Below, in pieces: positions 15,232 through 28,050 of a stretch of DNA of 64,000 nucleotides (positions are counted from its first letter, which is position 1; every line of letters starts with the position of its first letter). A program made the position numbers and the translations under genes. The DNA is from Octopus sinensis (taxonomy: Eukaryota), in contig NC_043005.1 of the NCBI RefSeq assembly GCF_006345805.1, forward strand, positions 55,614,001-55,678,000, read 5' to 3'. The notes beneath the pieces are model-generated. The model was not told the DNA's origin and ran no database searches. It worked only from the letters and a program-made list of their open reading frames with translations.

Positions 15232-15265
<34 letters not shown>

Positions 15266-16242
15266 CTATTTTTCATATTTTACTTGTTTCATTCATTTGA
15301 CTATGGCCATGCTGGAGCACCATTGTTAGTCAAACAAATTGACCCCAGGACTTATTCTATCAGTCCCTTTTGCCAAACTGCTAAGTTACAGGGACATAAA
15401 CACACCAACATCGGGCTGTCAAGTGATAGTGGAGGGACACACACTGACACACATAAATGCATACATACATACATACATATACATACATACATACATACAT
15501 ATATACATATATATATATATACACACAATGGGCTTCTTTCAGTTTCCGTCTACCAAATCCACTCTCAAGGCTTTGGTCGGCCCAAGGCCATAACAGAAGA
15601 AAATTTGCCCAAAGTGTCATGCAGTGGGACTGAACCCAGAACCAGTTGGGAAGTAAGCTTCTTACCACACAGCCACCTGACAAACAGTGAAGTAGTCTTG
15701 GTTACTTTCTTTTTCTTTTAATACTTTTAAAAGAATTAAGGCAGTGAGAATCATTAGCAAACCAAGCAAAATGCTTATCAGTATTACATGTCGCAATGTT
15801 TTGAGTTCAAATTCTTCCAAGGTCAATTTGTGCCAAAATTTGAAGTCAATATTTTAAAAAGAATTAAGGTGGTGAGACCCAATGGAACTTTGGGGCAAAA
15901 TGCTTAGCGGAATTTCGTCCATTTTTATGTTCAAATTCTGCCAAGGGCAACCTTGCCTTTCATCCTTTTGGAGTCGACAAAAAAAGGGCACTAGTTGAGC
16001 ATCGGGGTTTATGTAATCAGCTTATCTCTTTTACCAAGATTGCTGGCCTAGAGCCAAAATTTTTAACTGATATTTCTAAAAGAATTCACAGATGGTTGGG
16101 TGGTAATAAATTTGCTTCCCAGCCACATGGTTCATGGTTCAGTCCACTGTGAGCAACCTTGGGTAAGTGTTTTCTACTATAGCCTTGGACCAACCAAAGC
16201 TTTGTAGGTGGATTTGTTTGATGGAAAGTGAAAGAGCCCATT

Positions 16243-16274
<32 letters not shown>

Positions 16275-16299
16275 ATATATGTATATATATATATATGTA

Positions 16300-16600
16300 T
16301 ATGATGTTAATGTCCTGTTATTTGTATTTCTATTTGTGAACCAGTTCTCTGTTTTATCCATCCTTGTTTTTGTATACATTCATTGCTTTCTTCCAAGGAA
16401 TCTAATGCTCTTAGCTTAGTTTTTCCTTGGGGCTAGCCAGATTGGAGCAATCTCGAGTATAACCAGCCGAAATTGCAAAGATAATCTGGAACTCAACAGA
16501 GGAAAGAAAACTTCGAATGACCCATTCTTGTTTTCTTTGTATCATCTATCTGGATATTTTGTGTTCTTGTCCCATTTTTGTATTTATATATATATACGTA
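16300..16600 (+). repeat. Unclassified dispersed repeat (homologue at ~59290-59600)
   Basis: Shared CTTCCAAGGAATCTAATGC...GGAGCAATCTC...CAGCCGAAATTGC block. Confidence 0.75.
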
Positions 16601-16668
16601 TATGTTTTATTTGTTAATTTGTTATATATATATATACATTTATATATACATATATGTGTGTGTATAAA

Positions 16669-17152
16669 TAATCAGAAAATGGAGAAAACCTCAGATTAAC
16701 AAACACATCGATTGGACCACATTTATAGCTTATTTTTTAATACAAAGCATGACATAACAAATAGGTAATGTAACAAATATTACGGCTGTTTCTGATCCGT
16801 TGCCAAAATGCTGTTTAGAAATAAATGTGAGAATAAAGTTTATCATCTTCATAGGACATTCGAATTAAGGCACAGAGCTTCATCAGAGTAAAAACACAAG
16901 AGCATACAATACAAACAAAGGGAAAAGGAAAAGGAAAAGGAAGCTCCGTGCCTTAATTCAAATGTTCTTTGAAGATGAAGAACTTTATTCTCGCATTTAT
17001 TTATAGACAGCATTTTGGCAATGGATCAGAAACAGCCCTAAGATATGTCGTGCCATCTATTTGTTATGTCATGCTTTGTATTAAAATATAAGCTATAAAT
17101 GTGGTCCAATTGATGTGTTTATTAATCTGAGGTTTTCTTCATTTTCTGATTA
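16669..17152. mobile_element. Foldback element (~210-bp arms, ~58-bp spacer) with a hammerhead core in the left arm
   Basis: Arms 16669-16881 and 16940-17152 are reverse complements with scattered mismatches. Confidence 0.9.
16778..16889 (-). ncRNA. Degenerate hammerhead motif with large helix II insertion
   Basis: CUGAUGA(16880-16886)-A-GCUCUGUGCC...GGCAACGGAUC-A-GAAAC-AGCC-GUA. Helix I is poorly paired in this copy. Confidence 0.5.
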
Positions 17153-17327
17153 CTTGCATTGGTTCCTGATAAACTCTTGTTTATCCTGTTGTTATCTGCA
17201 CTCTACATGCATGGTATGACTGCACATCAATGCATGGGGATAATACTGGTAATGGATGCCGAAAGTGTATACCGATATTTTATTCCTTAGCTGGTTATTA
17301 TAACCACTAACTCTGTTTACACTTGAG

Positions 17328-17367
<40 letters not shown>

Positions 17368-17376
17368 TTGTGTGTG

Positions 17377-17613
17377 TACAGGGTTCACCAAATGTCACCA
17401 GACAGTAAATGAAAACCATTTAATTCCGAGATACATTCATGTTTAACAACTGAATGAATTTGATTAACATTTAAATATGAAACATCATGAAAATTGTTCA
17501 AACTGAACGCCTTCTTGAGCGACACATTTTTCCATTCGAGTCAATACAGAATTACAGATAGTGTTTATGGAATTTTGATGTACTGTCGGGTGACTTTTGG
17601 CCAAACTTGTGTG
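17377..17613. mobile_element. Tc1-type MITE with imperfect ~30-bp TIRs
   Basis: TACAGGGTTCACCAAATGTCACCAGACAGTA versus reverse complement TACACAAGTTTGGCCAAAAGTCACCCGACAGTA. Confidence 0.65.
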
Positions 17614-18519
17614 TATATATATATATGCGTGTATATCAATATATATATTTATATATGTGTGGATATGTGTGTTTGTGTGTGTGTGTGTGTGTGCGTGTTT
17701 TTCCTTGTTTCTTTTTTTGTTCCCCCACCCACCACCACTTGACAACTGATGTTGGTGTGTTTACATCCCTGTAACTTAGAGGTTCAACAAAAGAGACTAA
17801 TAGAATAAATACCAGGTTTAAAAAGTAATAAGTACTGGGGTCAATTCGTTCGACTAACATACTTCAACGTGGTGCCCCAGCATGGTCACAATTTAATAAC
17901 TGAAACAAGTAAATGAGTCTATTTAAGAATTAGGTCAGTAATTCCTTTTTTCTTTTTATATATTGAAGTAAAATAATCATCCCCTGAAGAAAAAAAAACA
18001 TGAAAATCCCCTTCAAGACCTTTCACATAAAATGATTGGCATTTTTGATGCTGACACTTAATAATGCTTACCAATATGCAAAACCAAAAATCTTCACAGA
18101 AAGATTATTCCTGTGTGATCATTTCATCATCATAGTCATTGTCATCGGCAGTGGTATCATTATCATCATCATCATCATCATCAATATCATCATCATCAAC
18201 ATCATCATTTTAATGTTAAATTTTCCATACTTGCATGGATCAGACAGAATTTGATGAGGCCAGTTCTCTATGGCAGGATGCTCTTAGTGTTACCAACTTT
18301 CACCTGTTTCTAAGCAGCAAGGTTATTTCCTCATGCCCACACAGGTTTTTTGTTTTTTTTGTGGAAGACTGAAAACAAACAATGTCACTTGTATGAAAGT
18401 GATGCTTGTTTATAATCCCCACATGATGTTAAGATAAGGGTATACACAGATGTGTGCATACACACGCATACACATATATTTATGTATACGTAAACAAATC
18501 AAAATAGATGAACATCAAT

Positions 18520-19005
18520 GGAATTTGTATCTTTGTGGTACCAGTGCCGGTGGCACACAAGAAAACCATCCGAACGTGGCCGTAGCCAGTACCGCATCGA
18601 CTGGCACGTAACAAACACCATCCGATCTGTGGGCACGTAACAAACACCATCCGATCGTGGCCGTTCGCCAGCCTCATCTGGCACCTGTGTCGGTGGCACA
18701 TAAAAACACCATCCGAGCGTGGCCATCTGCCAGCCTCATCTGGCACCTGTGTCGGTGGCACAAAAAAAACACCATCCGAGCGTGGCCGTTCGCCAGCCTC
18801 GTCTGGCACCTGTGTCGGTGGCACATAAAATCACCCACTACACTCTCGGAGTGGTTGGCGTTAGGTAGGGCATCCAGCTGTAGAAACACTGCCAGATCTG
18901 ACTGGCCTGGTGCAGCCTTCGGGCTCCCCAGACCCCAGTTGAACCGTCCAACCCATGCTAGCATGGAAAGCGGACGTTAAATGATGATGATGATGATGAT
19001 GATGA
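18520..19005 (+). mobile_element. RTE-X-like LINE 3' tail / SINE with (TGA)n tail and internal ~60-bp minisatellite
   Basis: Reverse complement of GGATGCCC(T)TCCTAACGCCAACC; (ATG)n tail; repeated ACACCATCCGA..GTGGCC...GGTGGCAC units. Related copies: 2518-2990 (-), 10170-10382 (+), 22880-23020 (+). Confidence 0.7.
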
Positions 19006-20583
19006 TATTCAATGAGCGTTTTTCAATTTCTGTCAACCAAATCCACTCATAAGGCTTTGAGCAGTTCAGGACTAGAATAGAAGACCAAGGCTTTGTGAGT
19101 GAAATTAATAGAGTAGTAATATAATCAAAAAAAGTGCTGCATTAAGGAAATGTCTACTGAAACATGTCCAAAATGACATTCAAATCTTTTAACCTATAAT
19201 GTTGTTGCTAAAACCTACAGTATAATTCAACATGAGTTAACTTGGTGTCAAATTCAAGCAGACATGCTTTTCATTTTAAGAAACAAAAATTATGCTGTAG
19301 AAAGTACAAGATAGAGAAATTGAATTCTTAATGTCAGCATACTTCAAATTCTTCTCTGTATGGCAAACCAGATTATCTTTCACCTGTAATAAACTAAAAT
19401 GAAATCTAAATTAGAGATAGAAGGCAAATCTTTATATATAAAAGTCAAGTTGTGTGTCTGTCTCCTACGATTTAGATTCCTAACTACTCCCACATTTTGC
19501 GGTGCAGTTTAACCAAAACCGGGTATCTTATAGTCGTGATTCATATCGAGCCCTTCTGGGTATTAGTGCGTGTCTACGATGAGTCTACGATTTAAAAAAA
19601 CTTTACCATCATTTTTTTCCATTTTAATGCATTTTTTCGCTATTATATAAGGGAAGTAACTCTTTAAAAATGTCTACGATGAGTCGACTTTGCCTTTCAT
19701 CCTTTCGGGGTCAATTAAATAAGTACCAGTTACGCACTGGGGTCAATATAATCGACTTAATCCGTTTTTCTGTCCTTGTTTGTCCTCTCCGTGTTTAGTC
19801 CCTTGTGGGTAGTAAAGAAATAAGTTATAGGTATTTTGTCTGCCGTTACCTTCTGAGTTCAAATTCCGTCGAGGTCGACTTTACCTTTCATCCTTTCGCG
19901 GTCAATAAATTAAGTACCAGTTACACACTGGGGTCGATGTAATCGACTTAATCCCTTTGTCTGTCCTTGTTTGTTCCCTCTATGTTTAGCCCCTGGGTGG
20001 CAATAAAGAAATAAGTTATAATAGAGTTTGCATAAATCTACGTATCATTATAACATGATTTTTATCTTGAAATAACTTGCTTAAAGAAGAGTCTAACTCT
20101 ATGTAAAACATGTTCCCTAAAATACAACAGTAGATTGAAGACCTTTGAGACGTTTTGTTTCACCTACATTTGTTATGTTGTTTGATATAGTTGATTGTAG
20201 AATCTTCACTCATGCTTCTAATTCTCACAGCTTGAGTCTTATTCCATATATTTTCTGCATCTCTCTCACTTTCTCTTGCTCTCTCTCACTAAAAACTTTT
20301 GTTACTAGTGCATATTATCACAACTGTCCGATGAATGGTTATATAAAACTCTGGGTAAGTTTTTGCGTTATATTTTTTAGCTTCAATAAAATAGTATTTT
20401 ACTCTACCTTTGGTATTCAAGTGCTATTTTTTCACCTTGTTTTATACCTTATAGACTTACTTGTGTGTGTGTACATCACCTTCTTTCTCTTTCTTTCTCT
20501 CTCTCCCTCTATCTCTCCCCTCTCTTCCTCTTTCTTTCTGTCTCTATATATATATTCATACACACATATATATACATACATAT

Positions 20584-21835
20584 ATATTGGGCTGGTAAAA
20601 AAAAGTTGGTAGCGTTTTTTAAGTAAAATTCATTAACAATATTTAGATATCTGTACACCTCTTTTATTATTCAACCACATATTTCCCATTTTGTTCTACT
20701 ACCTTTCATCATCTTTGAGGCAGCTTCATGATCCCATCCTTCCAGAACCTGGCATCTTTTTGGGTCATGGGCTGGTCTAAGTAGTTTTTACACTCTTTTA
20801 AAAAATTTCTTCCCATTAAGAGAATTTTGCAGGGATTGGAATACATAATAATCTGAAGGTGCATGGTCAGGTGAGTACAGTGGGTGGGGTAGGACTTCCC
20901 ATCCAAGCTGCACCAATTTCTGCCTTGTCTGCAAAGAAACATGCAGTCTAGTGTTCTCCTGATGTATGACGACACCATTTTGGTTGGCTAATTCAGGAAG
21001 TTTTTCATCAACTGTAATTGGTCTAATTGAAAACAAAGCAGTCTGAATTTAACATCTGATTTTGTGTAAGTAGCTTGTAATTCACAATGCCCTTCCAATC
21101 CCACCAGATACAGAGCATCATTTTCTTCGGATACAGACCAGCTTTTGGAGAGACTGAAGGTGAGTCGTCTCATTTTTCCTAGGACTTATTTCATTTTATG
21201 TTGTAAATAATCTATTTCTCATCACCCATGATCGTTCTTTTCACAAACAGATCAATTTTGTTTCGTCTGAGCAGAGAATTACAAATGGAAATGTGCTCTA
21301 TTAAGCTTTTTTCTTGTTACCCAAACTTCATAGCGATTCACATAACCAAATGTTTTTAAAATGCTTTATAATGCTCACATGAGATGTATGGAGAATCTCC
21401 ACAATGTCTTACATTGTGTGATATGGATTATGTCTTTATCAACATCTCAATTTGCTTTTATCAATGACTGTAGGCCTGCTGGAATGTTCATGGTCTTCCT
21501 GGTCAAAATTTTCTAAACCTGGCAAACCATTTTCAAACAGTACTTTCAGCTATAACACCATCTCCATAAACAGCACATATCTTCTTTGCTGTTTGTGCAG
21601 CATTTTTTGCTTTCCAGAAATAAAAAGTGCATTAAATGGTGAAAATCTCTTTCATTTTCCTTCATTATCAATTTATAATCCACACAAAATTCAAATAGAA
21701 AAATGCGTTGAGATCTCCTCTTTCAAAAAAATATATATTGAATGGATGTCATATGTTCCTGTCACGTGATGAAACAGGTCACGTGATTAAACAACACCAA
21801 CTGGAAACACTACAAACTATGTTACCAACCCAATA
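20584..21835 (-). mobile_element. Near full-length degraded mariner transposon
   Basis: TATTGGG...CCCAATA ends; LGWEVLPHPLYSPDHAPSDYYVFQSLQN on the minus strand. Confidence 0.85.
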
Positions 21836-21992
21836 TGTGTGTATATGTATATTATATATATTTATATGTAAATATGTATATATATGTATATATGTATACA
21901 TATGCACATACATACACTTACATATACATATATACATACAAATGTATATATACACATATACACACATATATATATATCTTATATATATATCT

Positions 21993-22027
<35 letters not shown>

Positions 22028-22124
22028 ATATATATCTATTGACAATTTTGTCTTTTTTCGGCATATTTGGCATTAGAATTTTTCTTTTGGCCCTTATCTT
22101 ATAAGTTATTTATATATATATATA

Positions 22125-22168
<44 letters not shown>

Positions 22169-22685
22169 ATATATATAATATATATATATGTATGTATGTA
22201 GTATGTATGTATGTAATATGTATATATGTATATATATGTATAGTATATATGTATATATATATATGTAATATATATATGTATATATCATATATATATATAT
22301 ATTATATATATATATATATGTATACATATATATATATGTGTGTGTGTGTCTGTGTATGTATGTATACATATACACATACATACACTCACATATACATATA
22401 TACATACATATAAATATATATATATATATACACATATACATATATATATATACATTGTGTCTGGAGAGACTCATTCTCTTTTAGTACTTTATTAATTTAA
22501 CACACTCACCAATTATTTATTTTTACTACACTCACTTATTTTTACTACAATTTTCATTGCAACTTGCAACCTTTTCAATAGGCATTGACGCTGTCCGTTA
22601 TCAAAATTGTATTCTTTTTGTATGCATGCATGTGTGTCCATGTGCGTGTGCATACATTGCATAAATATTGTATGTGTATATATAT

Positions 22686-22721
<36 letters not shown>

Positions 22722-23494
22722 GAATATATATATATATATACACACACGTATGTGGGAGGTATGCATGTATGTATGTATATGCAGCACATATATGTCTGCA
22801 TTTCCTTGTCTTGGCATGAATGATTGTTGTAAATGAACATCATTCATTTCCAGTATTCTTCAAAAACAATGGCAATGGAAAAATATTACTCATCTGGAAG
22901 CAGGTGAGGGTTGGTGACAGAAGTACACTCAGCCATAGAAAATTTATCTCAATAAACTCTGTGTCACCCTTGCAAACATGGAAAATTGGACATTAAGACA
23001 ATGATGATGATGATGATGATGTGGTGATCAGTGAAAGATAGAACCATAGCCTTATATGAGATAATGGTGAACTGCCTGAAACATTCTTTTGGCAGAATAT
23101 TAAAGCAATTTCTTAGTTGCCTATTAATGTCTATTGCAGCTGCTACAGAATGCGATTGGTTCTAATATATATCAACAAGCATGTCAGTTACCTTTAGGAG
23201 TGGCTTATAATTAGCTGTGATAAAGTTATTAAATATGATACTATTAGCCATATAAAAATTCATTTTCAAACAGGGATGCTGTATGGTTGAATCCAGGAAG
23301 CAATCTACTATAGATGAAAGGCAAAACTGATTTCAACATATCAAATACTGTGAAACATCTCATCTGACTCTAAAACTTCTGCTAATCTGTAATCCTGGAA
23401 TGGGACTTTATTTATCAACCCCCATCAAGAATGGAAGACAAAGAAGATCATAATGAGATTTGAACTCAGAATGCAAAGACAGATCAGATGCACA

Positions 23495-23694
23495 TGCTTA
23501 GGGCATCAAGAGAAGTGAGGAACCTCAAAAATGGTAAAAAAAAAAACAGCATTAAAAGAAAAACACTTTAAACTTGCTAAAATAATATTTGGAGTGGTTC
23601 ATTTGATTGGAAATATAATTTCAAAGTATCCATGGTGAGGATCTGATCAAAGGCTTTGTAATTAAAAAAAGTAGGAGAAAACATTTCAAATATG
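23495..23694 (+). repeat. Unclassified dispersed repeat (homologue at ~36705-36905)
   Basis: Shared blocks AGGGCATCAAGAGAAGTG, GGAAATATAATTTC and GTGAGGATCTGATCAAA in both locations. Confidence 0.7.
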
Positions 23695-24056
23695 AACAAG
23701 AGCACTCAGAGAGCACAAACCTCAACCAAGGTAACACCAACGTCCTCTCAATAATTAGCTAGAGATCATTTTTAAAATGAGTATGTCTGAAATAAACTCG
23801 ACTGCTCTCACAAACAAGAATACTAAAATTGAACCCAACCGCTCTCAAACATTAAATAAAAAACAGCAAAAATAATCCTGAATCTTTGTCCATTATTGGA
23901 TTGATCCCAAAATCTAGTCAGTTTGTGCCAATCATGAGACCAAACATCCCCAAAAGTTTCATCTAAATCCATCCAGTGGTTCTTGAGATATCTTGTCCAT
24001 GGACAAACAAACACAACTGAAAACAATATCCCCGCCTTCGCTAAGGCAGAGGTAAT
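23695..24056 (+). mobile_element. Helentron-associated non-autonomous element
   Basis: AACAAGAGCACTCAGAGAGC...CAAGG start and CCGCCTTCGCTAAGGCAGAGGTAAT hairpin end. Confidence 0.55.
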
Positions 24057-24326
24057 ACAATGGAAGCATACAAAAACAAGCATTACTTTCTATCTTACTG
24101 TTGTTTCATTTAGTCCATCCCTGTATCTAATGTTCTAACAATTCTGCTGAGTTATTACTCTGGACTAGTATGTTATTTATTGATTCCAAAGTAACAAAGT
24201 TGACATTGATAGGATTTGAACTAAGAGCACAGAAACCTGGAGGAAATACCATAATGCATTGTGTCTGCAGCTCTAACAACTCTGCCAGTTCACCTGTCAC
24301 TTTAAAACTTACAATAAATTTTTTTT

Positions 24327-24662
24327 AGTTTTTTAGACCCCCTTCGGTCATGAATGACCATGGGATTGCACCTAGAAAGTTACCCTCCTAGACACAAGTC
24401 TGGGCAAGGTTGTTTATGGAAGACCAGCAGTCGCCCATGCATACCAGCCTCCCCTCTCCACGCCACCAGTGTTATCCAAGGGAAAGACAAAGGTCGATAC
24501 AGCTTGGCACCAGTGACGTCGCAACTCATTTCTACAGCTGAGTGAACTGGAGCAACGTGAAATAAAGTGCCTTGCTCAAGAACACAACACGCAGCCCGGT
24601 CCGGGATTCGAGCTCACAACCTCATGATCGTAAGCTCGACGCTCTAACCACTGAGCCATGCA
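24327..24662 (-). mobile_element. tRNA-derived SINE with RTE-type 3' tail
   Basis: Head GCATGGCTCAGTGGTTAGAGCG...GCTCGAATCCC; body TTCTTGAGCAAGGCACTTT; tail CATTCATGACCGAAGGGGGTCTAA. Confidence 0.82.
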
Positions 24663-25461
24663 TACAGACAAATATATGAAAGAAAGAATTAAAACATTGT
24701 ATTTCAGGAAATCAGATGACAAATTCATTTCATCTTTAAGTTGCATAAATCTATGGGAAATTGCTGGCAAGTCATGGTTTATAATTTTAATTTTGATTTT
24801 GAACTTCAATTCATTTATTTTGACAAGAAAATTACAGCATATTACAATGTGTAAACAAAAAAAAAGAGAATAAAATATTAAGAGTTGAAGGTTTGTAACA
24901 AAGGCCAAGGTTGGTGGCTGTGTGTCAAGAATGACTTGAGTTTTTTTTTTTTTCATAACTGAAACAACAAAACAGCAACAGCAACAACAACAACAGCAGC
25001 AACTGCAGCAGCAGCAGCAGCAGCAACAACAACAACAACAACAACAATAATAGCAGCAGCAACAACAGCAGCAGCAGCTGTTCAAGAATTTGAACCTGGA
25101 GATCTCCATTTCCAGTGCCTTCGAGGGCCACCTCCCAGTGGTGTCGGGTGTCAACGAAGAGCCCTCGACTACAACAAGACGACCAAAGTTTTTTTTTTTT
25201 TATCCAAGGTCTGGGGTATCCCGCCCCTAAGCCCTAGACCATCACCTAATAACCCTTACCCGTCTCGTTGCTTAACAACAACAACAACAACAGCAGCAGG
25301 AGCAGCAGAAGCAACAACAACAGCAACAACAATAACAATGTTTTCAAATTCTTGCATAAGGTTAGCAATTCTTGAAAAGAGGAGGATAGTCAATTACATC
25401 AGCCCCAGTATGCAGCTGGTACTTATTTTATCAACCATGAAAGGATGAAAAGCAAAGGTGA

Positions 25462-25561
25462 NNNNNNNNNNNNNNNNNNNNNNNNNNNNNNNNNNNNNNN
25501 NNNNNNNNNNNNNNNNNNNNNNNNNNNNNNNNNNNNNNNNNNNNNNNNNNNNNNNNNNNNN
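25462..25561. other. Assembly gap (100 N)
   Basis: Run of N characters. Confidence 0.99.
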
Positions 25562-25662
25562 TGATACCAGTTGCGGATTCTAGCTCGCTCTGATACTGAG
25601 TTGAGTTGGTGCCTTCTGGTATCTCAAAATTCAATATATAATCATTTTATGATTATAGTATT

Positions 25663-25775
25663 CTACGCTGAAGAGAAAAGAAGTTTCGGTAAGATAGATA
25701 TTTATTTAATATTTAATATTTAATTCTTATTGCCTTCCTTTCCTTAAAACTTGATGTCGAAACGTACGTCCGTGG
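25663..25775 (+). ncRNA. Type I hammerhead ribozyme with long, partly degraded helix II
   Basis: CUACG-CUGAAGA(25668-25674)-G...C-GAAAC-GUAC-GUC/CGUGG. Palindromic ACGUACGU helix III and canonical GUC triplet at 25768-25770. Confidence 0.7.
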
Positions 25776-26080
25776 ATAACTAAAAAAATGTATGATAGAT
25801 TGCAGTCAATTCATTCTCTCTTACTGTTTGTGTCTGCCTTCCAAATGCTGTTTTTACTGAGATCTCCCTTTTTAGTAGAAGAAATAGCTATAACCCTTTG
25901 ACTGCTATTTCTAAATTCGGTATGTGGTAAGGAACTCGTTGTTGCTAAACCTATATTGATTAGTATTACTTAAATTTTCTCGAATGAGGCTTTACATGCC
26001 GAAGACTACTGGTGTAATTGATAATTTTTCCAATTAATTAATTTCACCCTTCATTATTACGGATAACCAATATATATAAT

Positions 26081-26119
<39 letters not shown>

Positions 26120-26166
26120 TATACATACATACATATACATGTATGTGTGTGTGTGTGTGTGTTAAT

Positions 26167-26225
<59 letters not shown>

Positions 26226-26231
<6 letters not shown>

Positions 26232-27430
26232 GCGTAAGATATTTGGACAGATTTATGTTTATAAAAAAACATATACAACAGATAATTTTATTTATTAAAA
26301 ACGCTGCGCTGTGAGTGATAAAAAATAAATCTTCTTTTCTTTAATGTTATTCAAAAAACCACCTTCAGCTTCTATATGAGATCTAATCATCTACATGTTC
26401 GAATCAAGTGGTTCGGGTCATTTGGGACATTACTCTGACTATGACAGCTTTCAAAAAATCTTTGCTGTTATGGGCGTCTTCATTGACCTCTCTCTCAACA
26501 ACGCTGCACATGTAATCGTCCAACGGATGAGTACTGGGAAATTAGGAGGCCAAATGTTAGGGGCTATGTGCATCATGAAAAATTTCAGCCATCCATTCCT
26601 GTGTTACTAGAGCCATGGTGTGATAGTGCAGAGTCTTACTGAAACACATATGGCTTTTCAATTGCATACGCTGTCTATCCAGGGCTTAACAATTATTTTC
26701 AGGACCTCAATGTAGGTGGCAGAGTTAACTCCAAGGGAAAGAGAAGAGTAAGGAGGCATCACATGTCTTTCATTGCTGACAACACCTAAAACCATAACAG
26801 TTGCACAGAAAATTCTGTATGCATAACACTTGGAACTTCAGAAGAGTCTGCACATAATCATCTGTCATTTCTTCCATTAACTTTTTGATCATAATCGAAG
26901 TTATTCTCGTTTGAGAAAAACCAAATCAAATTTTCTGCATTCTGATGATTTTCAGTTTGTGTAGAGACCTTTTAGATCTGATGTAGTGATTTTTCTTTTG
27001 CTTTTTCTGATAAATTGACGTCTCATATAAGACTTATATCTGATGATCGTGGACAACATTTGACTGTTCCATTTGCAATTGACCTCATAGACTTTCTGTG
27101 CTTTTGCTGAACATAAGCTTAGCATTGAACGTGCGATTGTTTTCAGGCATTTCGTACAACAGATTATCCCTTCCAATCCGCCAAACACAGATAATTTCTT
27201 GCGTGGATGCAGCTCTACTTTGGCTCGAGGTTTGTTTGCTTGTCAAGATTCGGCTACTATTCTTTTCTTCTGCTTCGTATCGATATAAAGATACCACTTT
27301 TCATCACCAGTGTGATGCGATAAAGGAATCTCTCTGTGAGTAGCCTGGTGCCGAGCGAACAAATTGGCGACAATAGAGAAGCACTGTATTAACGCGCGTG
27401 ACACCTATGCAGCGAAATTTGGACCTTGCC
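26226..27430 (-). mobile_element. Degraded IS630-Tc1-mariner element (Tc1/maT-like)
   Basis: Terminus after (TA)n; minus-strand remnants resembling VMVLGVV, FQQD..S.HT and WPPNSPDLNPLDY motifs. Confidence 0.65.
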
Positions 27431-27559
27431 ATTGAGTGAAGATAGTGGGTGACAGTATCATGAAGCATTCTATTTGCTATGCCAATTCCCGCCTTGAGTC
27501 TTTTCCGTAACCCCTGCCGATTATAAAAATAAAATAACTGTTCTGGGAAAAAATCACTA

Positions 27560-28050
27560 CAGAAACTTATGAAATGTTCTATGCTACATACGGATTATTA
27601 ACTGTATGAGATGAGCATCGGCGTTTCGTTGGAACAAAAGGCCAAGCAAAACAACTTCACCAGGAAGGTCATTATGATCCCATTTTTCGACAACAAGGAC
27701 ATGATTTACCATGAGTTCCCTCCGGCCACACAGACAATCAACAAAGAATACTTTGTGGACGTTTTGTGTAAGTTCAAGAAGTGATTTCGTCGCAAAGGCC
27801 AGAACTCTTCCACTCGGGTAGGTACGTAACGCCTACATTAGGACGATGCATCAGTCTACAATTCCATTCTGGTAAGCATACTACTTGAGAGAGTTCCTCT
27901 CACTCTCCCTAAAGAGCAGACCTTCCTCCCTGTGACTTTAGTTTGTCCTCGAGTGTGAGGAGGCTGTGGCAAGTGTTTGAACACCTTCGCTTTAGAGTAC
28001 TTCTATGAGCCTTAATGAAGTGCAATGAAGTCAGGGGATCATGCTTTGAA
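27560..28050 (+). mobile_element. Degraded mariner fragment
   Basis: YGYETE...VMMIPFFD..DMIYHEF...TINKEYFVDVL-like remnants. Confidence 0.55.

Noticed and set aside
18600-18830. Regularly repeated ~60-bp units that superficially resemble a CRISPR array
   Set aside because: Units are contiguous tandem repeats with no unique spacers, lie inside a retroposon tail, and occur in eukaryotic DNA with no cas genes.
24590-24662. tRNA-like sequence with A/B boxes
   Set aside because: It is the head of a SINE continuing into a SINE body and LINE-type tail; no complete cloverleaf.
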